64,000 nt of DNA from an uncultured Verrucomicrobiae bacterium (GTDB lineage Bacteria > Verrucomicrobiota > Verrucomicrobiia > Chthoniobacterales > Chthoniobacteraceae): the NCBI GenBank assembly GCA_963769025.1, contig CAVYKI010000002.1, positions 92,942-156,941 on the forward strand, read 5' to 3'. Shown here in pieces: positions 26,516 through 36,376 of the stretch (its first letter is position 1; every line of letters begins with the position of its first letter). The translations under genes were made by a program, and so were the position numbers. The notes beneath the pieces were generated by a model that was not told the DNA's origin, made no database searches, and saw only the letters and a list, made by a program, of their open reading frames with translations.

Positions 26516-28171
26516 ATGTTTCAAGACCTGCCAATCAAACGGAAGCTCACCCTTGGTGTGCTGCTGACAAGCACCGCGTCGCTGCTGCTCGCGAGCGTCG
26601 CCTATTTTGTCTACGAGCGATCGACTTACCGTGGCGACAGGGCGCGGACACTCACCATTCTCGCCGATGTGCTCGGGACAAACAGCACCGCCGCCCTTTC
26701 CCTTTCCGAAGCCTCGGACACGAAAAGCGACGCGGAGGAGATCCTGAAGGCCCTCAACGCCGAGCCGGATATTCTCTCCGCCTCGCTTTACCATTATCCG
26801 GAGGGGAAGTTCTTCGCGAGCTTCACGCGCAACGAAGGGGAGAAAGTCCTCGCCTCGGCGCCGGAGGATGAGGGGCCGCGCATCACCGATGACCGCTTCA
26901 CGGTCGTCCGGCCGGTCATGCTCAGCGAAAAACGGATCGGCACCATCGTGCTGATATCCAGCATGGAGCGGATCAACGCCCAGCTGCGGCGGTACATGGA
27001 GATCGGTGTGATGGTGATTCTCGCGTCCGTGCTGGTGGCGGCGCTGCTCGCCAACGCCTTTCAACGGGCCATCTCGCGACCGATTCTCGCGCTGTTCAGC
27101 GCGGCGCAGCTCGTCGCCGAGAAGAAGGACTACTCCGTGCGGGCGGAGCGCTTCGGCAGCGATGAGCTGGGGCGGCTGACGGACGCCTTCAACCAGATGC
27201 TCGCGGCGATCGAGGAGCAAAGCGGAGCGCTGAAGAAAGCCATCGCCGAGAATGAGGAAAAGAGCGCGGCGCTCGGCGCTGCGAATGTCTCGATGACCGC
27301 ACAGACGGCGCAGATCATCGAGAGCGTGGAAGTTCTCGGCTCATCCGCGCGGGAGATTTTGAACTTCACCACGCAATCCACCGCAGCGGCCACGGAGACG
27401 GCCACCGCGATCACGGAGACCACGGCCACGGTGGAAGAGGTGAGGCAGACGGTGCATGCCTCCAGCGACAAGGCGCGGCACGTGGCCGAGAGCTCGGAGC
27501 GCTCCGCGCAGATTTCCGAGACGGGCCGAAAGTCCGCCGAGGCGAGCATCGAAGGCATGAAACACATCCGCGAGCAGATGGCGGCCATCGCGGACAGCAT
27601 GATCCGCCTCACGGAGCAGACCCAGGACATCGGCCAGATCGTCGCGGCAGTGGAGGACCTCTCGGCGCAGTCGCACCTGCTGGCGGTGAATGCCGCCGTC
27701 GAGGCGGCCAAGGCCGGCGAGCAGGGCAAGGGATTCGCCGTCGTGGCGCAGGAAGTCCGCAGCCTCGCGCAACAGTCCAAGCAGGCGACCACGCAGGTGC
27801 GCGCGATCCTCAAGGAAATCCAGAAGGCCACCGGCGCAGCCGTGATGGCCACCGAGCAGGGCGCGAAGGCGGTCGATACCGGCGTGGCGCAATCCACGCA
27901 CGCGGGCGAATCCATCCGTGCGCTCGCGGAGAGCGTCCACCAGGCCGCGCAGGCGGCGGCGCAGATTTCCGCCTCCAGCCACCAGCAGCTCGTGGGGATG
28001 GACCATGTCGCCACGGCGATGGAGAGCGTGCGGCAGGCGGGCACTCAGAATGTGGACAGCGCGCGGCACCTCGAGGCCGCGGCGCGCCGGCTTAGCGACC
28101 TGGGTGAAAAGCTGCGGCAGCTTTTGAACGAGTCGAAGAAGGCCGCAAACGGGAACAAGACCGCCGCATGA
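26516..28171 (+). CDS. Methyl-accepting chemotaxis protein with CHASE8-like periplasmic sensor and HAMP
   Basis: TM1, then a sensor of about 130 aa (…LADVLGTNSTAALSLSEASDTKSDAEEILKALNAEPDILSASLYHYPEGKFFASF…), TM2, HAMP (DELGRLTDAFNQML) and a conserved MA domain (QSHLLAVNAAVEAAKAGEQGKGFAVVAQEVRSLA). Confidence 0.9.
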   Translation: MFQDLPIKRKLTLGVLLTSTASLLLASVAYFVYERSTYRGDRARTLTILADVLGTNSTAALSLSEASDTKSDAEEILKALNAEPDILSASLYHYPEGKFFASFTRNEGEKVLASAPEDEGPRITDDRFTVVRPVMLSEKRIGTIVLISSMERINAQLRRYMEIGVMVILASVLVAALLANAFQRAISRPILALFSAAQLVAEKKDYSVRAERFGSDELGRLTDAFNQMLAAIEEQSGALKKAIAENEEKSAALGAANVSMTAQTAQIIESVEVLGSSAREILNFTTQSTAAATETATAITETTATVEEVRQTVHASSDKARHVAESSERSAQISETGRKSAEASIEGMKHIREQMAAIADSMIRLTEQTQDIGQIVAAVEDLSAQSHLLAVNAAVEAAKAGEQGKGFAVVAQEVRSLAQQSKQATTQVRAILKEIQKATGAAVMATEQGAKAVDTGVAQSTHAGESIRALAESVHQAAQAAAQISASSHQQLVGMDHVATAMESVRQAGTQNVDSARHLEAAARRLSDLGEKLRQLLNESKKAANGNKTAA

Positions 28172-28779
28172 ACGGGTCCGAGCCCATCCAGTGGACGGAA
28201 GCCCGCGCGCGAATCGACGCCGTGGAGGCTGCGATCGAGGAAGGCTTCGCGCCGAGTCCCGAGCAGGAGCGGGAGATCCTGAAAGCGCGGGCGAAGGAAT
28301 TTGCGAAGGAACCGGAGGCCGCGGAGGTGGAGTCGGACTGGCTCGAGGTGATCGAGTTTGAGCTCGCCGGCGAAGCGTACGCGCTGCCGCTCGCGCAGGT
28401 GCAGACCGTGAGCGCCCTCAAGGAGCTCACGCCGGTTCCATGCACGCCGGCGTTTGTGCTGGGAATCATCAACCTGCGCGGCGAAATCCGCGCCGTGATC
28501 GATCTGAAGAAGTTTTTCGATCTTCCGGAAAAGGGGATCACCGACCTGAACAAGATCATCCTGGTCCAGAATGACGAGATGCAGCTGGGCATCCTCGCGG
28601 ATTCCATTCGCGGGGTGCGGCGCATCCGGCTCGACGACTTGCAGCCGCCTCTCCCGACGCTGACGAAGATCGGTTCCGACTATTTGCGCGGGGTGACCAG
28701 CGAGCGGATCGTGGTCCTGGATGCCGGCAAGATCCTTTCCGATCCGGGAATTCTCGTGGACGACAAAGTCCGGACGTAA
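28168..28779 (+). CDS. cheW: CheW with a ~55-aa N-terminal extension
   Basis: ...VLGIINLRGEIRAVIDLKKFF...LGILADSIRGV... CheW-like domain. ATGA overlap with the MCP stop. Confidence 0.85.
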   Translation: MNGSEPIQWTEARARIDAVEAAIEEGFAPSPEQEREILKARAKEFAKEPEAAEVESDWLEVIEFELAGEAYALPLAQVQTVSALKELTPVPCTPAFVLGIINLRGEIRAVIDLKKFFDLPEKGITDLNKIILVQNDEMQLGILADSIRGVRRIRLDDLQPPLPTLTKIGSDYLRGVTSERIVVLDAGKILSDPGILVDDKVRT

Positions 28780-28804
28780 CCGCCATCTCCCGCAGGAGCA
28801 CCTC

Positions 28805-28948
28805 ATGAAACTATCCGTCGGCACAAAAATCGGCGCGGGGGCTTTCATGGGTGGCGCGGTCACGGCCCGGATCGCTCGCCGAGCGGTTCAAGGTATGACC
28901 CCGACGCATGCCTTCCGTACGAATGCGCCAGCCATCCTGAGACCATGA
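28805..28948 (+). CDS. Candidate 47-aa small protein translationally coupled to cheA
   Basis: AGGAG lies 6 nt upstream of ATG 28805. Its stop TGA 28946-28948 overlaps the cheA ATG 28945 (ATGA). Product: MKLSVGTKIGAGAFMGGAVTARIARRAVQGMTPTHAFRTNAPAILRP, with a Gly/Ala-rich hydrophobic segment. No homology evidence is available to me. Confidence 0.3.
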   Translation: MKLSVGTKIGAGAFMGGAVTARIARRAVQGMTPTHAFRTNAPAILRP

Positions 28949-31296
28949 AAGATCCGGAGTTTCTCAAACGACTTCGCGAGGCATTTGCCATCGAGGCTGC
29001 CGAGCACGTGCAGGAGATCACGGCCGGGCTGATCGAGCTGGAAAAGGCATCGGATCCGGCGCGGAGGAAGGAGCTGGTCGAGACGATTTTCCGGGATGCC
29101 CACAGCCTCAAGGGCGCCGCCGGGGCGGTGGACCACACGCACATCCAGAGCGTGTGCCAGGCTCTGGAGAGCGTCTTTTCCTCGTGGAAGAAAAAATCGT
29201 GCGATGTCTCGGCAGACGGGTTCGACGTGCTGAATCGCGCGGTGGATTTCGTGGTGACGTTGCTCCGGGGATCGGAGCCGGGGGACCATTCGGCGGATGC
29301 GCATGCCGTGGCTGCGATGGTCGCGCAGATCGCCGCGGTCGGCAGCGGTGCGCCATCGGACGCCGGGAAGCGGCCGACCGCAGCCGCCGTGCCCGTCGTC
29401 CCCGCGCAGCCAGCCGTCCCGCAGGGGAAAGAACGCAGCGCGAGCGGGGCGGGACCGGCCGCTGCCGCAGCTGCCACGCCGCCGGTCCCTGCGGGAGGGG
29501 AGGCCGCGTTGCCCGTGGAAATGCCGTCCCCGCACATTGCCGACACGGTGCGCATCCCGATGGCGAAGATGGACGCATTGCTGCGGCAGGCGGAGGAAAT
29601 GATCTCCGCGAAACTCGCCGCGCACCAGCATCTCATGGAACTGCGCGAGATCGGGGATCGGCTCGCGGAATGGCACAAGGAATGGGCGAAGGTCCGCGAC
29701 CTCACCCGCGGCGACCTCGCGAGCCAGAGCGCGGCGTCGCAGAAAAAAGTGGGGGAATTCCTGCACTGGAACCAGGACCACATCCGCACGATGGAAAAGC
29801 AGCTCGCCGCGCTGGAACGAACCGCGGCGCACGACGAGCGCAGCGTCGCCGCGCTCGTGGACCGGCTCCTCGACGACGCCAAGCGGCTCGTGATGCTGCC
29901 CTTCGCCACGCTGCTCGATCTTTTCCCAAAGATGGTCCGCGACATCTCGCGGGATCTGGGCAAGCAGGTGGACCTCCTCGTGCACGGCCGCGAGGTCGAG
30001 ATCGACAAGCGCATCCTCCAGGAAATGAAGGACCCGCTCATCCATCTCGTGCGCAATTCCATCGATCACGGAATCGAGACGGCCGCGATCCGGGCGACGC
30101 GCGGCAAGCCTCCGGTGGGCACCATCTCCATCGTCGTCGTCGCAGCGCGACGGCAGCAAGGTGGAGATCGTCGTGGCTGACGACGGAGGCGGGCATCCCG
30201 GTGGACAAGCTCAAGGCGACCGCGATCCGCGGCGGCTTGCTCTCCGAACCGGACGCGCGGGCGCTCGACGAGCAGGCCGCGTTCGCGCTGATTTACCAGT
30301 CCGGCCTTTCCACGAGCCCCATCGTCACGGAGATCTCCGGGCGCGGGCTCGGCATGGCGATCGTGCGGGAGAAAGTGGAGAAGCTGGGCGGGAACATCAC
30401 CATCGAGTCCAATCCTGCGAGGGGGACCACCTTCCGCATCCTGCTGCCCGTCACGCTCGCGACGTTCAAGGGCATCGTGGTTTCCGTCGGCGGGCAGTCG
30501 TTCGTCATCCCCACGGCGAGCGTGGAACGCATCGACCGCATCCGGCGCAGCGAAATCCAGACGGTGGAGAACAAGGAAACGATCCTGCTCGAGGGGCGCC
30601 CGTGTCTCTCGTGCGACTCGCCGCGGTGCTCGAGCTGCCGTTCCGCGAAGTCCGCGAGCCCGGCGGAATTCACCGAGGTGGTGGTGCTCGGCCTGGGGGA
30701 CAAGCGCATCGCCTTCGCGGTGGATGCCATCCTCAACGAGCAGGAGGTCCTGGTGAAATCGATCGGCAAACCGCTCGTGCGCGTCCGCAATGTCGCCGGG
30801 GCGACCGTCCTCGGCTCCGGCGCGCCGGCGGTCATCCTGAACACGGCCGATCTGCTCCATTCCGCCGTGCATCTCGTCGCCGGCAGGCAGGCCGTCCGAG
30901 CCGGGAGATCAGGCCGGCGCCGGGGAAACCGCGGCCCGGAACATCCTCGTGACGGACGACTCGGTCACCTCGCGCATGCTCTTGAAGAACATCCTCGAAT
31001 CCGCCGGCTACACGGTGACGACGGCGGTCGATGGCGTGGACGCGCTGACGCTTTTGAAAACGCACGACTTTGACCTTCTCGTCTCCGACGTGGAAATGCC
31101 GCGCATGGACGGATTCGATCTCACGGCGAAAATCCGCGCGGACAAGAGGCTCTCCGAGCTGCCGGTCGTGCTCGTCACCGCGCTCGGCTCGCCGGAGCAC
31201 GTGGAGCGCGGGGTGGATGTCGGCGCGAACGCCTACGTCGTGAAGAGCAAGTTCGACCAGAGGAACCTGCTCGAAGTCATCCGCAAACTCATCTGA
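28945..31296 (+). pseudogene. cheA: Hybrid chemotaxis histidine kinase CheA-REC, interrupted by about 5 frame breaks
   Basis: Hpt (FRDAHSLKGAAGAV), dimerisation region, HATPase (...HLVRNSIDHGIE...VEIVVADDG.GIPVDKLK...SGRGLGMAIV), CheW-like domain and C-terminal REC (LVSDVEMPRMDGFDLTAKIRAD...VKSKFD). These are spread over frames 1,2,0,2,0,1 (track ORFs 28945.., 30161.., 29154.., 30949..). Confidence 0.85.
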
Positions 31297-31298
31297 CC

Positions 31299-32373
31299 AT
31301 GCCGGACCGCAAAATCAAAGTGCTCGTGGTGGACGACTCCGCGGTGAGCCGCGCGGCGCTCACGCACGAGCTGGAATCCGACCCGGCTTTCGAGGTGGTG
31401 GGCAGCGCGAACAGCGGGGCGCAGGCCATCGAGGCACTCGAGAGCCAGCATCCCGACGTCGTGACGATGGACATCCACATGCCCGGGATGGACGGCTTTG
31501 AAGCGACGCGGAAGATCATGGAGACGCAGCCGCTGCCGATCGTGATCGTCAGCGCGAGCTTCGACGCGAGCGATGTGGCGAGGACCTTTCTCGCCATGGA
31601 GGCCGGTGCCGTCGCGGCCGTTGAAAAGCCGCCCGGCTTCAATCACCCGGATCACGCGACCTGCGCGCGCAGATTCCTGAACACCGTGAAGGCGATGTCC
31701 GAGGTCCGGGTCATCAAGCGCTGGGCGAAAAAGGAATCCACGGTGAGGCCGCCACCGCCCGCGGTGATTCTGCCGGCGAAGGGCAATGCCCGGCTGGTGG
31801 CCATCGGTGCATCCACGGGCGGACCGCCGGCGCTGCACAAGGTTCTCGCGGGTCTGGTGAAGCCCTTTCCCGTCCCGATCCTCATCGTGCAGCACATCAC
31901 CGCGGGCTTCGTGCAGGGACTTGCCGACTGGCTCGGGTCCAGCTCGGGCCTGCCGGTGCGCATCGCCCGCCACGGTGAAATCGCCCAGCCGGGCACCGCC
32001 TACATCGCGCCGGATGGGACGCACATGGGAGTGGACAGGGAGTGCCGGATCGTGTGCGCGGATGGGCCCGCCGGAGCACGGGCTGCGGCCCTCGGTTTCC
32101 CACCTTTTCCGCTCGGTGGCCGGCAGCCATGGCGCGCAGGCGGTCGGCGTTTTGCTCACCGGCATGGGGCGCGATGGCGCGGAGGAACTCAAGGCGATGC
32201 GCGACAAGGGCGCGGTGACCATCGCGCAGGACAAGGAGAGCTCCATCGTCCACGGCATGCCCGGCGAGGCCATCCGTCTCGGCGCTGCGATGCACGTCGC
32301 GGATCCCGACAATATTTCGCTCCTCCTCCGCTCGCTCGTCGGCGGGGAAACTGCTTCCACTCGCACCTCATGA
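31299..32373 (+). pseudogene. cheB: Chemotaxis methylesterase CheB (REC + esterase), one frame break near 32.05-32.07 kb
   Basis: REC (KVLVVDDSAV...VVTMDIHMPGMDG) and esterase start (LVAIGASTGGPPAL...ILIVQHI) are in frame 0. The C-terminus (RPSVSHLFRSVAGSHGAQAVGVLLTGMGRDGAEEL...IAQDKESSIVHGMPGEAI) is in track ORF 31921..32373. The 799-aa track ORF 31299..33698 is an artefact of the break. Confidence 0.85.
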
Positions 32374-33698
32374 CTCCTTCACCCGCAGTCGCGCCCGATT
32401 ACTCGACCCTGAAGGGAGTGGAAATCCTCGTCGCCGAGGACAGCCCGACGCAGGCGATGAAGCTCCTCTACGTTCTCGAGCAGCAGGGCTGCCGCGCCAC
32501 GCACGCGCAGAACGGCAGGAAAGCCCTCGCCTCGCTCGAAACGCACGTCCCGACGCTCGTCATCACCGACGTGAACATGCCGGAGATGGACGGCTTCGAG
32601 CTCTGCGAGCGGATCAAGAGCGACCCGAAGCTCAAGGACGTTCCCGTCATCCTCCTCACTTCGCTCTCGGCGCCGCAGGACATCATCCGCGGGCTCGAGT
32701 GCGGTGCGGACAACTTTGTCGTGAAGCCGTATGAGGCGGATTTCCTCCTCTCGCGCCTGGTCACCGTGCTGGCGAACCGCAACCTCGGCCTGGCGGACGA
32801 TGCGCGCGAGATTCCCATCCATTTTGCCGGCCAGCGTTACGTCATCACTTCCCGGCGGCGGCAGATTTTGAACCTGCTGCTCTCCACATACGAGACGGCG
32901 CTGAAGACGAACGATGCGCTGCTCAAGGCGCAGGAGGATCTCAAGACCGCGCAGCAGCAGTTGATCGAGGCCGAGAAAATCCAATCCGTCGGCCGGCTGG
33001 CCGCGGGCGTCGCGCACGAGGTGAAGAATCCGCTGGCGATCATCGAAATGGGCGTGGACCTCCTCAGCGCGAAGCCCGACGCGGAGACCGTCGAGATGCT
33101 CGTCGGGGAGATGAAGGAATCCGTCAAACGCGCGAACCACGTCATCGCCGGGCTCATGGATGTTTCATCGGCCGACGAGTCGGGAATGAAGGACGTCACC
33201 CTCGATTTCGTCATGGATCGCGTGCTGACCAATCTCGAACCGGCGATCACGCGCGCGAAGGTCGGGGTGTCGAAGGACTACGCCGGATCCCTCCCGATGT
33301 GCCGGGTCGATGTCACGAAGATCGAGCAGGTCTTCTCCAACGTCGTCACCAACGCACTGCAGGAAATGCCCGACGGGGGAAAGCTGGCCGTCAGCGTCTT
33401 GCCGAAGGTCCTCCGCGCGGAGGATGTGAACTTTGAGGCCGGGGACCGCAGCGGCTTCCGGTTCCGCGTCGGGGACACGGCGGTCATCGTGGAGGTGCGC
33501 GACACCGGCGGAGGAATCCTCCCGGAGAATCTCACCAAGGTCTTCGAGCCGTTCTTCAGCACGAGGCCGACTGGAAAGGGAATGGGCCTCGGCCTCACCG
33601 TCGCGCGGAAATTCATGGAGCTGCACGGCGGGCGGATCGCGCTGGCAAATGCACCGGAGGGCGGCACGGTGGTGACAATGATTTTCAAAACCTCATGA
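32370..33698 (+). CDS. Hybrid response-regulator/histidine kinase (REC-coiled coil-HisKA-HATPase), paralog of 22247..23725
   Basis: ATGA overlap with the cheB stop. REC: ILVAEDSPTQ...LVITDVNMPEMDGFELCERIKSD...VVKPYE. HisKA: AAGVAHEVKNPLA. HATPase: DTGGGILPENLTKVFEPFFSTRPTGKGMGLGL. Confidence 0.85.
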   Translation: MTPSPAVAPDYSTLKGVEILVAEDSPTQAMKLLYVLEQQGCRATHAQNGRKALASLETHVPTLVITDVNMPEMDGFELCERIKSDPKLKDVPVILLTSLSAPQDIIRGLECGADNFVVKPYEADFLLSRLVTVLANRNLGLADDAREIPIHFAGQRYVITSRRRQILNLLLSTYETALKTNDALLKAQEDLKTAQQQLIEAEKIQSVGRLAAGVAHEVKNPLAIIEMGVDLLSAKPDAETVEMLVGEMKESVKRANHVIAGLMDVSSADESGMKDVTLDFVMDRVLTNLEPAITRAKVGVSKDYAGSLPMCRVDVTKIEQVFSNVVTNALQEMPDGGKLAVSVLPKVLRAEDVNFEAGDRSGFRFRVGDTAVIVEVRDTGGGILPENLTKVFEPFFSTRPTGKGMGLGLTVARKFMELHGGRIALANAPEGGTVVTMIFKTS

Positions 33699-35085
33699 AC
33701 GACACCCTCGCCACACCCAACGGTGAAGTGACCGTCCTCGTCGTCGAAGACAGCCTGACCCAGGCGCTGAAGCTCCAGCACCTGCTCGAGCAGCATCAGC
33801 TCAAGGTGATCATCGCATCGAACGGCAAGGAGGCGCTTCTCAAGCTCGCCGCGAGCATTCCCACGCTCGTGGTCACGGACATCAACATGCCGGAGATGGA
33901 CGGCTACGAGCTTTGCCAGCGCATCAAGCAGGATGCGCAGAGCAAGGAACTGCCGGTGATTCTGCTCACCTCGCTCTCGGACCCGGAGGACATCCTCAAG
34001 GGCCTGGAGTGCGGCGCGGACAACTTCATCGTGAAACCGTACGACGAGGATTTCCTGCTCTCGCGGATCCGTCACGTCATGGAAAATCTCGAACTGCGCA
34101 AACAGGCGCGGCGGCGAGGAGCCGAGCGAGATTTTCTTTGCCGGCCGCAAGTACAAGCTCACCGCCGACCGGATTCACTCGATCGATCTCCTTCTCTCGA
34201 CCTACGAGACCGCCGTTCACAAGAACCTCGAACTCACCCGGGCCAAGGAGAAGCTCGAAATGCAGGCGGAACAGCTCCGGGAAACGAACGCGCAGATGAC
34301 CGAGGAACTCGAGATGGCGCGCGACCTCCAGAACGCGTTCCTCCCGCTGGACTATCCCGCATTCCCGGCGGGTGCGGCGGAAGGGAAAAGCACGCATCCG
34401 TTTTTCCCACCGCTACCATGCCACGAAGGAGCTTGGCGGTGACTTCTTCGACATCCTGCAGCTCTCGGATACCGTGGCCGGGATCTTCATTTGCGACGTG
34501 ATGGGACACGGCGTCCGCGCGGCGCTCGTCACCGCCATCGTGCGCGGTCTGGTCGAGGAACTGCGCCCGAAGGCCGGGGACGCCGGGGCCTTCCTCACGG
34601 AGATCAATCGCGCCCTCTGCCGCATCCTCAAGCAGACGACGACACCGCTTTTTGCCTCGGCATTTTACGCGATCGCGGATGTGGAAAAGGGCGAGGTGCG
34701 TTTTGCCAATGCCGGGCATCCGCCTGCGTTTCATGTGCGCCGCACCGCCGCCGTCGTCGAGCTGCTCAAGCGGCACGACGTCAAGCCCAGTCCTGCGCTC
34801 GGCATCCTTGAAGATGCCACGTATCCCGCGGCCGCATGCCCGTTCGACCCGGGCGACATGATCCTGCTTTTCACCGATGGCCTCTACGAAATCGAGAATG
34901 CCGCCGGGGACTACTTTGACCCGGAACTGCTGCGGGTGGCCGTCGAGCGACGGCTGGCAACGCCGACCCCGCAACTGCTGGACGACCTGCTCGTCGAGTT
35001 GAAGGACTTCGGCGGGAAGGAAAGCTTCGAGGACGACATCTGCGTCGTCGGCGTCGATATCGTGGAGACGTTGCAGCACCGGTGA
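33695..35085 (+). pseudogene. Response regulator with PP2C/SpoIIE phosphatase output (RsbU-like), two frame breaks
   Basis: REC (VLVVEDSLTQ...LVVTDINMPEMDGYELCQRIKQD...IVKPYD) is in frame 2. The linker/coiled coil (EIFFAGRKYKLTADRIHSIDLLLSTYETAV...) is in frame 0. The SpoIIE domain (HRYHATKELGGDFFD...FICDVMGHGVRAAL...NAGHPP...LLFTDGLYE) is in frame 1. ATGA overlap with the upstream gene. Confidence 0.8.
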
Positions 35086-35152
35086 AGCGTTCCGACGCAC
35101 GCTGGGGCGGATTCGGGTTGCGCGCGCGTGGGGGCAGAGCGGACGGTGTGTC

Positions 35153-36028
35153 GTGACTGAGCCGAACATCACGAACCTGCACATCGGCACCTGCGCCTGG
35201 AGTCATGAGGACTGGCGCGGCGTTTTCTATCCCGACCATCTGCCCGCTCCGGAACGGCTCGGGTATTACGCGCGGTGGTTCGATGCGGTGGAGGTGGACT
35301 CCACATTTTACCACACGCCCACGCCCGCGGTGGCGGCACACTGGGCCGAGGTGACGCCGCCGGGGTTCCGCTTTTCGTGCAAGGTGCCGCGTGAGATCAC
35401 GCACGAGCGCAAGCTGCGGGACTCGGACCAGGCGCTTGCGGCATTCCTGCGCGGCGTGGAGCCGCTGGGGGAGAAGCTGGCGTGCCTGCTCGTGCAGACG
35501 CCGCGGTGGTTCGATCCGAAGCACGACGAGCACGCGCTGCGGGATTTCCTCCACGGGTTGCCGAAAGGCTTCCGCTGGGCGGTGGAATTCCGCGACCAGA
35601 AATGGCACCTGCCGCGCATCGCGCACCTGCTGGAAAATCACGACATCGCGTGGGTGTGGAACGATCTGTCGCCGATGGAGGAGGCGGATGCCGCGGCATT
35701 CGGCTTTTTCCCGGAGACGGCGGACTTCGCCGTGGTGAGGCTGATGGGCGACCCGGCGACGAAGTATCATCCCGACGGGTCGCGGGTGCATCACTACGAC
35801 AGCCCGATGTGGCCGCGCGCGCGGTCGCTGGAAAATTGGGCCGTGAAGATCCGGCAGGAGCTGCCCGAGAAGCGCGAGGTGCTAGTGTTCGCGAACAATC
35901 ATTTCGAGGGCTTCTCGCCGCGCACCGTGCAGGAGATCGGCAGGCTGCTCGGCAGGAACGTCGATCTGCCGGGCCCGGACGAGCTGCATCCCGGCGGCGG
36001 GCGCGCGCAGATGCGCCTGTGGGAGTAG
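35153..36028 (+). CDS. DUF72 (YecE-like) family protein
   Basis: LHIGTCAWSHEDWRGVFYP...LGYYARWFDAVEVDSTFYH.P...FRFSCKVPREITH is the characteristic DUF72 N-terminal pattern. Confidence 0.8.
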   Translation: MTEPNITNLHIGTCAWSHEDWRGVFYPDHLPAPERLGYYARWFDAVEVDSTFYHTPTPAVAAHWAEVTPPGFRFSCKVPREITHERKLRDSDQALAAFLRGVEPLGEKLACLLVQTPRWFDPKHDEHALRDFLHGLPKGFRWAVEFRDQKWHLPRIAHLLENHDIAWVWNDLSPMEEADAAAFGFFPETADFAVVRLMGDPATKYHPDGSRVHHYDSPMWPRARSLENWAVKIRQELPEKREVLVFANNHFEGFSPRTVQEIGRLLGRNVDLPGPDELHPGGGRAQMRLWE

Positions 36029-36079
36029 CGCCGCACTCTTTCCTTTCCGCTCCCGCTTCATCCGGCGTACTCTGCGCGC

Positions 36080-36376
36080 ATGGCCCAATACCAACGCTCC
36101 AAGCAGACCAGCGAACTCACGGAGACATTCCTGCAGTTTGTGATGATGCACACGCAGCAGGCGCTCCTCGCGCTCGGCAGGCATCCGAGCCAGCCTGCCG
36201 GTGCGCCGCCGCCGAATCTGCAGCTCGGGAAAGTGTTCATCGATCACCTGGCGATGCTGCGTGCGAAGATGGAGGGAAACCTCGCGGGCGATGAGCAGAA
36301 CGCCATCGACAACGCGATCGCTCACCTTCAGAAGGAATTCGCCGAGGTGACGAACGAAAAGGGAGGCAAGGCTTGA
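36080..36376 (+). CDS. DUF1844-like small protein
   Basis: 98 aa. FLQFVMMHTQQALLALG...PNLQLGKVFIDHLAMLRAKMEGNL resembles DUF1844. It overlaps the kdsA start by 4 nt. Confidence 0.55.
   Translation: MAQYQRSKQTSELTETFLQFVMMHTQQALLALGRHPSQPAGAPPPNLQLGKVFIDHLAMLRAKMEGNLAGDEQNAIDNAIAHLQKEFAEVTNEKGGKA

Noticed and set aside
31299-33698. Single 799-aa ORF that looks like a CheB-histidine kinase fusion.
   Set aside because: This is an artefact. After the frame break near 32.06 kb the wrong frame happens to stay open until it runs into the next gene, which shares that frame. The authentic CheB C-terminus is in ORF 31921..32373, and the HK starts at ATG 32370 (ATGA overlap).
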